NCBI GenBank assembly: GCA_038087875.1
Contig: CM075985.1
Location: forward strand, 8,742,001-8,806,000
DNA from: Malacoraja senta
Lineage: Eukaryota
Direction of reading: 5' to 3'
DNA: 64,000 nt
A program made the position numbers and the translations under genes. A model generated the notes under the pieces. That model worked only from the letters and a program-made list of their open reading frames with translations. It was not told the origin of the DNA and ran no database searches. Each line of letters starts with the position of its first letter. Position 1 is the stretch's first letter. Positions 1 to 11,700 of this stretch are shown here, one piece after another.

Positions 1-359
1 TATTTATTGATATTCATTTTGCACAATTGCACAAAATCAAAATTATACTCATACTTCCGAAAAACCGGATATTGAACATAAATATAAATTAAATTGTATT
101 TTGCTTGGCACAATAATGGTGTATTTGCACTCCTCCGAAAAGCTTGTTTGTCGCTTGAAGTTTGCCTCTCCAATGGAGGCTAGCTTTCAAAGGCAATTAT
201 TTTTTTGAAATCTTTACTTTTCATCCTTTTTGTCGTGGCATGCTGAAATATCTCACCTATATAGTCAATCTTCATAGTTAATTACGACTGTGAATGTGGT
301 CACACAGACATGCTGGAGTTGTAGCCAAACAGACCTTATTTCTACAAAACACAAAAATT

Positions 360-490
360 GTAGGAAGGAACTGCAGATGCTGGTTTAAACCAAAGGTAGA
401 CACAAAATGTCAGAGTAACTCAGCAGGACAGGCAGCATCTCTGGAGAGAGGGAATGGGTGAAGTTTCGGATCGAGACCCTTCTTCCGACC
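360..490 (-). mobile_element. Penelope-like element terminal-repeat (pLTR) fragment, single arm
   Basis: gtaggaaggaactgcagatgctgg...gagacccttctt matches the pLTR copies attached to GIY-YIG remnants at 29024 and 44842. Flanked by aaacacaaaa at 347-356 and 492-501 (TSD). Confidence 0.8.
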
Positions 491-3400
491 CAAACACAAA
501 ACATTATCTCTTCCTTTGGTTTAGTGAACAAATTGCATAATTGCTATTTGTGATATTTTGACATGTGGAATAGATGCCCCTTGTATAAATCACTGCTATT
601 CCCAACATTGATTGGAATATTTTTTTTTGTGATGAAGTGCTTTCATATTTACATCTTCCCTTCCCTTCCACCTGTCTCATGCTGTCACATTAGCCCAAAT
701 GTCTGACTAATTTATTCTGAATAGGTTTTGGCCCATCCCTGCCCAAGACCAGATGTCCTAATGCCATCTTAACACCATTCCCACTCGACGTCAGATGATC
801 CAAAGCATCTCCTTAACTGAAGATCCCCTTAGTTCCCGAAGGAACATGTGCTTTTGTCAAATGAAACATAGAAGGAATTTGCATAATATAATTAAAATAA
901 TATATAGTATTCACTATTACTTTGTAGTTAGTGTTATAAATTAATCTGTGGAAATTCTGCTAATTAATATGAAGAATCAAAAATTCAATGCATTACAGAT
1001 GATGACACTGGGGAAACAACACAATAGCTTGTGGCTGTTAACATGTGGTGAGTGGCTAAGTGACTAAGATAAAATCAGGCTTTAAAATCTCCAGTTTACT
1101 TTTCAGATTTCATCATTTAGATTAATATCTCATTATGAGGCTTGGTGTCAAATCCTATGAAGAACCTTGGGGCATTTTACATGTTAACAGTACTGCAAAA
1201 ATACAAGGCGCTGAAAGAATGTAATTTAAATTCAGAATTTGTGCAAGAAACAAAGGAAAAAAATCAAAAATATATTTTTCACCCAGTTAAGGACTGCAGA
1301 ATAATTGTTTACACCTTGTTAAGTTAATCATGACATTTGATAATCGCCAACGAAAGTATTAAAAAGTACATGGACGTAGGTCAAAAGTCTCTGTACTGAG
1401 ATCCCTGCAAATTACGGTATAGCAACTGAGCTGAAATTGTGAAAATCTAACACTTTGACATAGCACTGGATTCAGGCTTTTGTGTTGGAAATAATGCTGT
1501 TAACAAAGACTGCACATTTCAGCAGAGCAGATGTACCTGAATGGTGGAGGTGAAATTGTTCTCTTATTGTACACCTATTGCGGTATCTTTGATGTTGGGG
1601 AAATTGCTGCACAGATCATTTGACTACAGTTTTTCTTTTGAGTTTCCATGTCTAGTCCTTTACATTTTCTTTTCATCTTTGCAACAATCTTCCTGGATAA
1701 GTGGTCTTAATCTAGCCCATAATCCAGAGGCGAGTTTGAGCTCAGTTCCTACAATTACTACCTATATATTCTACCATCCTACAGACCTGCAGACACAAGA
1801 CAAAGCATTGATTAAATTCATTCCAGTCATCAAGGGAGATGCCTCAATTATTTACATTCATTCGAAGCAGGAGCCTGGAGAATATTTCAAACTCCTGCAC
1901 ACATACAAACAGGTAGTTATTCCAGAAGTCAGCTTTCACGGATGCACTAATTTCACACATCAGCAGAACGTATCTCACTTGTGTCCCTTACACACATGAG
2001 TTATCTGTAACTTTATTCCAACCATCACTATTAAATACAAATCTCTTTCTCCCAAAAGAAGTGAGTTCTTGAGCAGAAGTGTCAATAGGCATCATCTGCT
2101 TTCCTCAAAGTTAATATTTTTGTTGTTACAGCTAGGATGTGAACTCTTAGTTACATTTCTTAACTAGGAGGTCACATCGCATTGTTGTATCAGATTTTGA
2201 TAATCGAATAAACTCCAGCTCAGATACAGTTTTTTCTTTGATGCATGATCCTCACTTCTAAATGTCTTGAATTCCTATATCTTCCTATATCCTTCCTCTT
2301 CAAATATCTGTCCAAACATCTGACTTGTCCACTTACACTATCTCCTCTCTCAACTTGTTCTAGATATTCACCACCTTCTGTGTCGAAAAACTTGCCCTCA
2401 GATCTCCTTTAAATTCCCTCTCACCTTAAAATTGTAACGTCTAGTTCTAGACTCCCCTGCCCTGGAGAAAAGTGCCTGACCATCTATCCAGTTTATGCCC
2501 CTCATAATATTATAAACCTCCAAGGCCACCCCTGGACCTCCCACATTCTGAGGAAAATATTCCCAGTGTAATCGATCCCTCTGTTTAACTACAACCCTCT
2601 ATTCTAGGGAACATCCTGGTGACTCTCTTCTGCAATCTCTTTATTGCTACCATACCCATGCTGTCGTGTGGCAACTAGAACTATATACAATATTCTAAAT
2701 GTAGTCTAATCAGTATTTTATATAACTTTAATATGATGTCCTAAAGCTTATACTAAATGCCTCAGCCTATCAAGGCAAACAAATTAAGCACCTTTCTCAC
2801 TGCCCTCGTCACCTGTGTCACTACTTGCAGGGAATCATGGACTTGCACTTCAAATTTTCTCTGCACATCAACTCTATTAAGATCTTTGCCATTTACTCCA
2901 TACCACATACTTGCCTGGATTAACTTCTACCTGCCAGCACTCAGTGCAAATTTCCATCTGAGGTTCCTGAGCAGATGTTGTCAAAACGTATTGTCTGCTT
3001 CCCTGGCAGAGGTCTCAATATTTATTATTTTGTATAAATACTTGTTATTTTGGACTCCCAATTTTCATGTCACCTGCAAATTTACCCATCATATCACCTT
3101 CATTCGCATTCCATTATATACAGTGGCTTGCAAAAGTTTTCATACCCCTTGAACCTTTCCACATTTTGTCACGTTACAACCACAAACGTAAATGTATTTT
3201 ATTGGGATTTTATGTGATAGACCAACACAAAGTGGTGCATAATTGTGAAGTGGAAGGAAAATGATACATGGTTTTCAAATTATTGTACAAATAAAAAACT
3301 GAAAAGTGTCGCGTGCAAAAGTATTCAGCCCCCCTGAGTCAATACTTTGTAGAACCACCTTTCGCTGCAATTACAGCTGCAAGTCTTTTGGGGTATGTCT

Positions 3401-3699
3401 CTACCAGCTTTGCACATCTAGAGACTGAAATTTTTGCCCATTCTTCTTTGCAAAATAGCTCAAGCTCTGTCAGATTGGATTGAGAGCATCTGTGAACAGC
3501 AATTTTCAAGTCTTGCCAGAGATTCTCAATTGGATTTAGATCTGGACTTTGACTGGGCCATTCTAACACATGAATATGCTTTGATCTAAACCATTCCATT
3601 GTAGCTCTGGCTGTATGTTTAGGGTCGTTGTCCTGCTGGAAGGTGAACCTCCGCCCCAGTCTCAAGTCTTTTGCAGACTCTAACAGGTTTTCTTCCAAG

Positions 3700-3958
3700 G
3701 TACACAAAAATGCTGGAGAAACTCAGCGGGTGCAGCAGCATCTATGGAGCGAAGGAAATAGGTAACGTTTCGGGCCGAAACCCTTCTTCAGACTCTGAAT
3801 CCTCAGCCTATCAAGGCAAACAAATTAAGAATTTGAAGAATCTGAAGAAGGGTTTCGGCCCGAAACGTTACCTATTTCCTTCGCTCCATAGATGCTGCTG
3901 CACCCGCTGAGTTTCTCCAGCATTTTTGTGTACCTTCCAGCATCTGCAGTTCCTTCTT
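3700..3958. mobile_element. Palindromic PLE pLTR mini-element inserted in the Tc1 transposase
   Basis: Perfect 96-bp inverted repeat (3697-3792 / 3841-3936). 19-bp TSD taacaggttttcttccaag at 3681-3699 and 3959-3977. Confidence 0.92.
3842..3870 (+). ncRNA. Minimal type-I hammerhead ribozyme motif (mirror copy on - strand at 3763-3791)
   Basis: CUGAAGA-A-[GGGU UUCG GCCC]-GAAA-CG-UU has the catalytic core, stem II with a UUCG loop and a palindromic ACGU mini stem III. PLE pLTRs are known to carry such motifs. Activity is not shown. Confidence 0.7.
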
Positions 3959-5354
3959 TAACAGGTTTTCTTCCAAGATTGCCCTGTATTTGGCTCCATC
4001 CATCTTCCCATCAACTCTGACCAGCTTCCCTGTCCCTGCTGAAGAAAAGCATCCCCACAGCATGATGCTGCCACCACCATGTTTCACAGTGGGGATGGTG
4101 TGTTCAGGGTGATGTGCAGTGTTAGGTTTCCGCCACACATAGCGTTTTGCATTTAGGCCAAAAACTTCAATTTTGGTCTCATCTGACCAGAGCACCTTCC
4201 TCCACATGTTTGCTGTGTCCCCCACATGGCTTGTGGCAAACTGCAAACGGGACTTCTTATGGCTTTTTTTCAACAATGGCTTTCTTCTTGCCACTCTTCC
4301 ATAAAGGCCCGATTTGTGGAGTGCACGACTAATAGTTGTCCTGTGGACAGATTCTCCCACCTGAGCTGTGGATCTCTGCAGCTCCTCCAGAGTTACCATG
4401 GGCCTCTTGGCTGCTTTTGTGATCAATGCTCTCCTTGCCCGGCCTGTCAGCTGAGGTGGACGGCCATGTCTTGGTAGGTTTGCAGTTGTGCCATACTCTT
4501 TCCATTTTCGGATGATGGATTGAACAGTGCTCCGTGAGATGTTCAAAGCTTGGGATATTCTTTTATAACCTAACCCTGCTTTAAACTTCTCCACAACTTT
4601 ATCCCTGACCTGTCTGGTGTGTTCCTTGGGCTTCATGATGCTGTTTATTCACTAATGTTCTCTAACAAACCTCTGAGGCCTTCACAGAACAGCTGTATTT
4701 ATACTGAGATTAGATTACACACAAGTGGACTCTATTTACTAATTAGGTGACTTCTGAAGGCAATTGGTTGCACTGGATTTTATTTAGGGGTATCAGAGTA
4801 AAGGGGGCTGAATACTTTTGCACGCGACACTTTTCAGTTTTTTATTTGTAAAAAAAATTGAAAACCATGTATCATTTTCCTTCCACTTCACAATTATGCG
4901 CCACTTTGTGTTGGTCTATCACATAAAATCCCAATAAAATACATTTACGTTTGTGGTTGTAACGTGACAAAATGTGGAAAAGTTCAAGGGGTATGAATAC
5001 TTTTGCAAGCCACTGTATCTAACCAGCAAGTGAGGTCCCAGCACTGATCCCTGTGGTACACCACTTGATGCAGAATTCCAATCAGCAAAACACCCACCTC
5101 CCACTATCTTCTGTTTTCTATCACCAAGCCACTTTTGAAACTAGTTTGCCAATATGCCTTGGATCGCTCAAGCTTTATCTTTCCAGACCAGCCTGCCACG
5201 GGGGACCTTGTCAAAAGCCATCCATGCACACCATGTCTACATCTAGGTTGAATAACTTGTTTGTTTCAGATTTTTGTTGTTTTGAAGATGTGCATGTTAG
5301 CTCCCATTAATTTAATTAATGAAAATGGTAATTTTCTTGAGCCTTTGTTTACAA

Positions 5355-5710
5355 GGCATGTGGGCATTGTAGGCAAGGCCAGCATTCATTGACTGCACTT
5401 TGCTGCCTTTGAGAAATTGATGGTGAATTACCACAATGAACTACAGTCATCTGGTGAATGAGCTCCCACAACGTTTTAAGAAGGCCCTATCAAGGTGGTG
5501 TGTACCTTAGAAGGGATCTTGAAGGTGGTTATATCCTCAACTGAAGCTGCTCTTATCTTTCTAGATGTTGGTGTGTAAGTATTTAGGTAGTGCTGTCAAA
5601 GAAGCCTCAGTATTTTGAAGCAGTGCAACTTGCAGATGCAATCGAAATGAATGTTTAAGGTGTTAGTTGGGATGCCAATCATGTGGACTGTTTTATTTAG
5701 GATGCTGTCC
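5355..5710 (-). mobile_element. Old LINE (CR1/L2-group) 3' region, decayed
   Basis: ggcaaggccagcatt...ccttgagaa...ggtgaa motif shared with 12660-12790, 62715-63510 and, reverse-complemented, 44135-44240. Confidence 0.5.
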
Positions 5711-6229
5711 TGCATGTTTCTCAAACAACAAAACCAACAACTACTACTTCTATCTATATTTGGAGTTTAATATTGAAATAAAACATGCCAAAGGCATTCT
5801 CAAGTGCAGCCTCAAACAGAAAAAACCCTGCTATCATTTTTTGAGTCGGCTGCAAAATCTTTGAAGTAGACAATTGAGGCTATTTGATATTCAACAGGGA
5901 TGTAAACTTCTGGGTTTAGAAGGCCATTTTCAAGTTGGGCAGAATCCTGCAGACTCAAATTGATGCCAGCATTGTGTTGCACCTTGTTCTCACCTGGTGA
6001 CTGCACAGCATTCAAAGTGATGATGACAAACAATGTAATATTCATCCGTCATTCCTTCTGCAAAATTCTACGATACATGCAAGGCCAATAAAATCTTTGA
6101 AGCAGCTTTTAGCTGAGCCAGACCCTCTATGCTAATGGCAGTGATTCTAAGATATGAATCTTTACACAGGTTTATGCTACCTTCAACTTTCCATTGCTAC
6201 TGACCATCTCTCTTTGCTGATGTTCTTGT

Positions 6230-6890
6230 GTTCCTGAGTTTGATCCTGACACACTGATGTCTGTCTGGAGTTTGCACTGTGACCACGTGGGTTTCCTCCG
6301 GGTGCTCTGGTTTCTTCCCATATCCTTACAACGTGCAGGTTTGTAGGTTAATTGGCCTCTGTAAACATCGCCCTTGATGTGCATGGAGTGGATGAGAAAG
6401 TGAGATCACATAGAACCATTGTGAACGGGCAATTGATGGTCAGCGTAGACCCATTGGGCCGAAGAGCCTATAGGGCCTGTCCCACTTAGGCGATTTTTTA
6501 GGCGACTACAGGCGACTAGGCTGTCGCCACATAGTCGCCGGGGTGTCCCCTGTATGGTCGTGAGTAGTCTCCTCAGTCGCCCAAAGAGTCGTAGCGTCTT
6601 TCAGGATTTTCACTGTCAGCGACAGTCGGTTTGACGTCAATGAGCTTAGCTTGACATCTCCTGATGTACGTGCTGTCGTAGTTGTCACCAGGTTAACGTA
6701 GGTTGTTGCCTGTGCTGCCTTCATTTTTTTTTTTTTTGAATTAATGATTCTATTTCAAATTTTATGTCGAAGGGGGGTCCAATCGCCAGTTTTTCGGCGA
6801 CCTGCTACAACTATGACAGTCGCCGGCAGTCGCCTAAAAATAGCCTAAGTGGGACAGGCCCTTATTTCAATCTGTATCTCTAAACTAAAC
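6230..6890 (+). mobile_element. tRNA-derived V-SINE (HE1-like), interrupted by a MITE
   Basis: V-domain gtgggtttcctccgggtgctctggtttcttcccat...gtaggttaattggc. The tail ctgtatctctaaactaaac resumes after the MITE. Confidence 0.8.
6472..6862. mobile_element. Non-autonomous DNA transposon (MITE; Harbinger- or Kolobok-like)
   Basis: TIR AGGGCCTGTCCCACTTAGGC...GCCTAAGTGGGACAGGCCCT, flanked by TAT/TAT. Interior has many gtcgcc/ggcgac/gtcgtag motifs. Confidence 0.85.
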
Positions 6891-6949
6891 CAATTTGCTT
6901 TCCCTCCATACCTTACTGCAGTGCCGGTGTCTACTATTCATGTATGCAT

Positions 6950-7075
6950 GATCGCTTGGGACCTCTTTTGTGGAAGGTTCGACCTGTACAAAAAGGATGG
7001 GTTGCACTTGAACCTGAGGGGGACCGATATCCTGGCGGGGAGATCTGCAAAGGCTACTGGGGAGACTTTAAACCA
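6950..7075 (+). pseudogene. C-terminal remnant of CR1 ORF1 (SGNH esterase-like)
   Basis: WDLFCGRFDLYKKDGLHLNLRGTDILA contains the DGLHL esterase block typical of CR1 ORF1. Confidence 0.7.
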
Positions 7076-7220
7076 GAATGGTTGGGGGGACTCAAATAGA
7101 GAACGCTATTAGACAGTGTGTGAGGCAGGAGGCAGAGAAGGAAAGCACTCAGACCCAACATGTAGGGGGGAAAGAAGAAAACAATAATAAACAGAGAATA
7201 AGAGGTGGTGGGGTTCTTAA

Positions 7221-10190
7221 ATGGGTGAGCAGAGAAACAGAGGGTGTAAAATGCGGGCGGAAGCAATAGGTAGCAAGGTGAAAAGTAAAAGTGGCAGGCA
7301 GACAAATCCAGGGCAAAAATCAAAAAGGGCCACTTTTCAACATAATTGTATAAGGGGTAAGAGCGTTGTAAAAACAAGCCCGAAGGCTTTGTGTCTCAAT
7401 GCAAGGAGCATTCATAATAAGGTGGATGAGTTGAACGTGCAGATAGCAATTAATGATTATGATATAGTTGGGATCATGGAGACATGGCTCCAGGGTGACC
7501 AAGGCTGGGAGCTGAACATCCAGGGATATTCAATATTCAGGAGAGATAGAGAGAAAGGAAAAGGAGGTGGGGTAGCGTTGCTGGTTAGAGAGGAGATTAA
7601 AGCAGTGGAAAGGAAGGACATTAGCTTGGAGGATGTGGAATCGGTATGGGTAGAGCTGCGAAACACTAAGGGGCAGAAAACGCTGGTGGGTGTTGTGTAC
7701 AGGCCACCTAGCAGTAGTAGTGAAGTTGGGGATGGCATCAAACAGGAAATTAGAAATGCGTGCAACCAAGGCAAAACAGTTATAATGGGTGACTTCAATC
7801 TACATATAGATTGGGTGAATCAAATTGGCAGGGGTGCTGAGGAAGAGGATTTCTTGGAATGTATGCGGGATAGTTATCTAAACCAACATGTAGAGGAACC
7901 AACGAGAGAGCAGGCTATTCTAGACTGGGTATTGAGTAATGAGGAAGGGTTAGTTAGCAGTCTTGTTGTGCGTGCCCCCTTGGACAAGAGTGACCATAAT
8001 ATGGTTGAGTTCTTCATTAGGATGGAGAGTGACATTGTTAATTCAGAAACAACGGTTCTGAACTTAAAGAAAGGTAACTTTGAGGGTATGAGACGTGAAT
8101 TGGCCAAGATTGACTGGCAATTAGTTCTAAAAGGGTTGACGGTGGATATGCAATGGAAGGCATTTAAAGACTGCATGGATGAACTACAACAATTGTTCAT
8201 CCCAGTTTGGCAAAAGAATAAATCGGGGAAGGTAGTGCATCCGTGGATAACAAGGGAAATCAGGGATAGTATCAAAGCAAAAGATGATGCGTACAAATTA
8301 GCCAGAAATAGCAGCATACCAGAGGACTGGGAGAAATTCAGAGACCAGCAGAGGAGGACAAAGGGCTTAATTAGGAAATGGAAAATAGATTATGAAAGGA
8401 AACTGGCAGGGAACATAAAAACTGACTGCAAAAGTTTTTATAGATATGTGAAGAGAAAGAGATTAGTTAAAACAAATGTAGGTCCCTTGCAGTCAGAAAC
8501 AGGTGAATTGATCATGGGGAACAAGGATATGGCGGACCAATTGAATAACTACTTTGGTTCCATCTTCACTAAGGAAGACATAAATAATCTGCCGGAAATA
8601 GCAGGGGGCCGCGGGTCAAAGGAGATGGAGGAACTGAGTGAAATCCAGGTTAGTCGGGAAGTGGTGTTGGGTAAATTGAATGGATTAAAGGCCGATAAAT
8701 CACCAGGGCCAGATAGGCTGCATCCCAGAGTACTTAAGGAAGTAGCTCCAGAAATAGTGGATGCATTAGTGATAATTTTTCAAAACTCTTTAGATTCTGG
8801 AGTAGTTCCTGAGGATTGGAGGGTAGCAAACGTAACCCCACTTTTTAAGAAGGGAGGGAGAGAGAAAACGGGGAATTACAGACCAGTTAGTCTAACATCG
8901 GTAGTGGGGAAACTGCTAGAGTCACTTATTAAAGATGGGATAGCAGCACATTTGGAAAGTGGTGAAATCATTGGACAAAGTCAGCATGGATTTACGAAAG
9001 GTAAATCATGTCTGACGAATCTTATAGAATTTTTCGAGGATGTAACTAGTAGAGTGGATAGGGGAGAACCAGTGGATGTGTTGTATCTGGACTTTCAGAA
9101 GGCTTTCGACAAGGTACCACATAAGAGATTAGTATACAAACTTAAAGCACACGGTATTGGGGGTTCAGTATTGATGTGGATAGAGAACTGGCTGGCAAAC
9201 AGGAAGAAAAGAGTAGGAGTAAACGGGTCCTTTTCACAATGGCAGGCAGTGACTAGTGGGGTACCGCAAGGCTCAGTGCTGGGACCCCAGCTATTTACAA
9301 TTTATATTAATGACCTGGATGAGGGAATTGAAGGCAACATCTCCAAGTTTGCGGATGACACTAAGCTGGGGGGCAGTGTTAGCTGTGAGGAGGATGCTAG
9401 GAGACTGCAAGGTGGCTTGGATAGGCTGGGTGAGTGGGCAAATGTTTGGCAGATGCAGTATAATGTGGATAAATGTGAGGTTATCCACTTTGGTGGCAAA
9501 AACAGGAAAGCAGACTATTATCTAAATGGTGGCCGATTAGGAAATGGGGAGATGCAGCTCTGAGACCTGGGTGTCATGGTACACCAGTCATTGAAAGTAG
9601 GCATGCAGGTGCAGCAGGCAGTGAAGAAAGCGAATGGTATGTTAGCTTTCATAGCAAAAGGATTTGAGTATAGGAGCAGGGAGGTTCTACTGCAGTTGTA
9701 CAGGGTCTTGGTGAGACCACACCTGGAGTATTGCATACAGTTTTGGTCTCCAAATTTGAGGAAGGACATTATAGCCATAGAGGGAGTGCAGAAAAGGTTC
9801 ACCAGACTGATTCCTGGGATGTCAGGACTTTCATATGAAGAAAGACTGGATAGACTTGGCTTATACTCGCTAGAATTTAGGAGATTGAGAGGGGATCGTA
9901 TAGAAACGTACAAAATTCTTATGGGGTTGGACAGGCTAGATGCAGGAAGATTGTTCCCGATATTGGGGAAGTCCAGGACAAGGGGTCACAGCTTAAGGAT
10001 AAGGGGGAAATCCTTTAAGACCGAGATGAGGAAAAACTTTTTCACACAGAGAGTGGTGAATCTCTGGAACTCTCTGCCACAGAGGGTAGTTGAGGCCAGT
10101 TCATTGGCTATATTTAAGAGCGAGTTAGATGTGGCCCTTGTGGCTAAGGGGATCAGGGGGTATGGAGAGAAGGCAGGTACGGGATACTGA
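7221..10190 (+). pseudogene. CR1 ORF2 (APE endonuclease + reverse transcriptase) with one in-frame TGA at 9561-9563
   Basis: NARSI, ETWL, MGDFN and SDH (APE); NYRPVSLTS, LDFQKAFDKV, GVPQGSVLGP and KFADD (RT). ORF 9576-10190 continues in the same frame after the stop. Confidence 0.95.
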
Positions 10191-10724
10191 GTTGGATGAT
10201 CAGCCATGATCATATTGAATGGCGGTGCAGGCTCGAAGGGCCGAATGGCCTACTCCTGCACCTATTTTCTATGTATCTATGTATCTATGTACATGCTGCT
10301 CTTCAGCTGACCAAGCCAAAGTTCGCATCAGGTTATGTTTTGAGCATCCCTGGTTCTATAATGATATCTGAAGATAAGCCATTGTGAATGCTGCCAAAAT
10401 GAATCAGCTTCCATTCTGGAAAAAAAAACTTAGAATGATTATTTAATGTTATTGGTGCTTTCTAATTAGAATCTAATTTACTTCTTTCAGTGTGGAATTG
10501 AAAACTAAAAATGTTCAAGAGATTTAAGAGACATTTCCTTTGTGCTGTAATGTAGCACATGAACCTGAAGTCCTGAGCTTGTCACTGTTATCGGTGTTAA
10601 TTTGTTCTCAATAATCTTCCACATCTAGCCAATTCTTCTTGAAGATATGAGTATATGTTAGATAAAGATGATGCTGAATTCTCAACAGCCTAGCGGGATC
10701 ATAAGTTTTAAATTAATACAGGAA

Positions 10725-11700
10725 CTTAACAAATAGAAGCAGGAGAGGGCCTGTTCAACCCATGCTACCTGTTCTGCTGTTCATTAAAAGCATGGCTGAC
10801 ATTTTACCTTGGTACCATAGCCCTTGATTATTTAAGTATCTAAAACCTTCAATCTTTGTCTTGAATGAACTGAGCAACTGAACCTCCACAGCACGTTTGA
10901 TCAAGAATGCCAAAGCTGCATGCTTAATGTTACCTGCTGGATGAAGCAATATAATTTAATTTTATTTAATTTCAATCCTGAATGGCTGACGCTTGGTTCA
11001 AGAGAGCTCAGCCAGGGGCGACATCAATTCCACGTATACCCTGTGAGGCACTGCCAGTATTTTGTATGTTTCAGAGATTACCTTTAGTTTGGTTTAGCTT
11101 TAGAGATAGAGGGAAACAGGTCCTTCGGTCCAACGAGTCCGCTCCGAGCAGCGATGCCCGCACATTAACTCGATCCTACACACACTTGGGACAATTTATA
11201 ATTATACCAAACCAATTAACCTACTAACCTGTACGTCTTTGGAGTGTGGGAGGAAACCGGAGCACCCGTAGAAAACCAACGTAGGTCATGCCGAAAACGT
11301 ACAAACTCCCTGCCGACAGCACCCGCAGTCAGGATTGAACCCGGATAAGGCAGCAACACTACCTCTCATTCTTCTAAATGTAAGAGAGTGCAGGACAAGT
11401 TTGTTTCTGCATGCAACAAACCTACCAACCCAGGCTTAAACTCGTTAACACCACTGCTCTTTCTCTCGCATGTATACCCTTTCTTGGGTAGGGAGGCCAG
11501 CCCTGTACACATACTAGTCCTGACATTGTTTCACCATGGCCTTGAATAAATGGAGCAATAAATGTACTCAAATCACCTTGCAATAAATGCTACTATCCCA
11601 CTTGCTCTGAACATTGCTTTCTACAACTACGTTAATTTTAAATGATTTGTGTATATGGGCACATAGTTCTTTCTGCACACCAACCGCTTTCAAATATTGC
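10725..11700 (-). mobile_element. Decayed CR1 3' fragment containing a nested SINE
   Basis: Reverse-complement similarity to the CR1 3' region. The sequence resumes as tctcattcttctaaa after the SINE. Confidence 0.6.
11083..11363 (-). mobile_element. HE1-like V-SINE
   Basis: Tail tttagtttggtttag...tagagataga..gaaacagg, V-domain ctttggagtgtgggaggaaaccggagcacc, and B-box-like gattgaacccgg. Confidence 0.85.

Larger units (their letters stand above)
3339..4636 (-). pseudogene. Tc1 DD34E transposase, interrupted only by a PLE mini-element
   Basis: ORFs 3872-4636 and 3339-3707 overlap at LEENLL (the TSD). HTH N-terminus, [20 protein letters not shown]-34[10 protein letters not shown]. Removing 3700-3977 leaves 1020 nt, i.e. 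339 aa plus stop. Confidence 0.95.
3121..5015 (-). mobile_element. Full-length Tc1-family DNA transposon, IR/DR type
   Basis: TA|CAGTGGCTTGCAAAAG ... CTTTTGCAAGCCACTG|TA. About 213-bp TIRs (3121-3333 and 4803-5015) differ at only a few positions. The motif tgcaaaagtwttca occurs at both ends of each TIR. A transposase lies inside. Confidence 0.97.
2265..5245 (-). mobile_element. Decayed CR1 LINE ORF2/3' fragment, split by the Tc1 insertion (parts ~2265-3120 and 5016-5245)
   Basis: Minus-strand RT motif SSGVPQGSVLGP (ORF 4919-5104) runs straight into the Tc1 end. CR1 3'-region similarity continues on the other side of the Tc1. Confidence 0.75.
6950..10290 (+). mobile_element. 5'-truncated, young CR1-clade LINE (HER1-like)
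   Basis: End of ORF1, then ORF2, then a 3'UTR with the gaagggccgaatggcc stem and an (atctatgt)n tail. Confidence 0.95.

Noticed and set aside
1541-1999. 152-aa ORF (likewise 34353-34823, 50603-50992 and most other short ORFs)
   Set aside because: No recognisable domain, homology or splice context. Consistent with chance ORFs in intronic DNA.
3697-3936. Repeat-spacer-repeat as a CRISPR-like unit
   Set aside because: The repeats are inverted, 96 bp long, PLE-derived and flanked by a TSD. There is no array or cas gene, and the DNA is eukaryotic.
7320-10213. Minus-strand ORFs overlapping CR1 ORF2
   Set aside because: Shadow frames of the LINE coding sequence.
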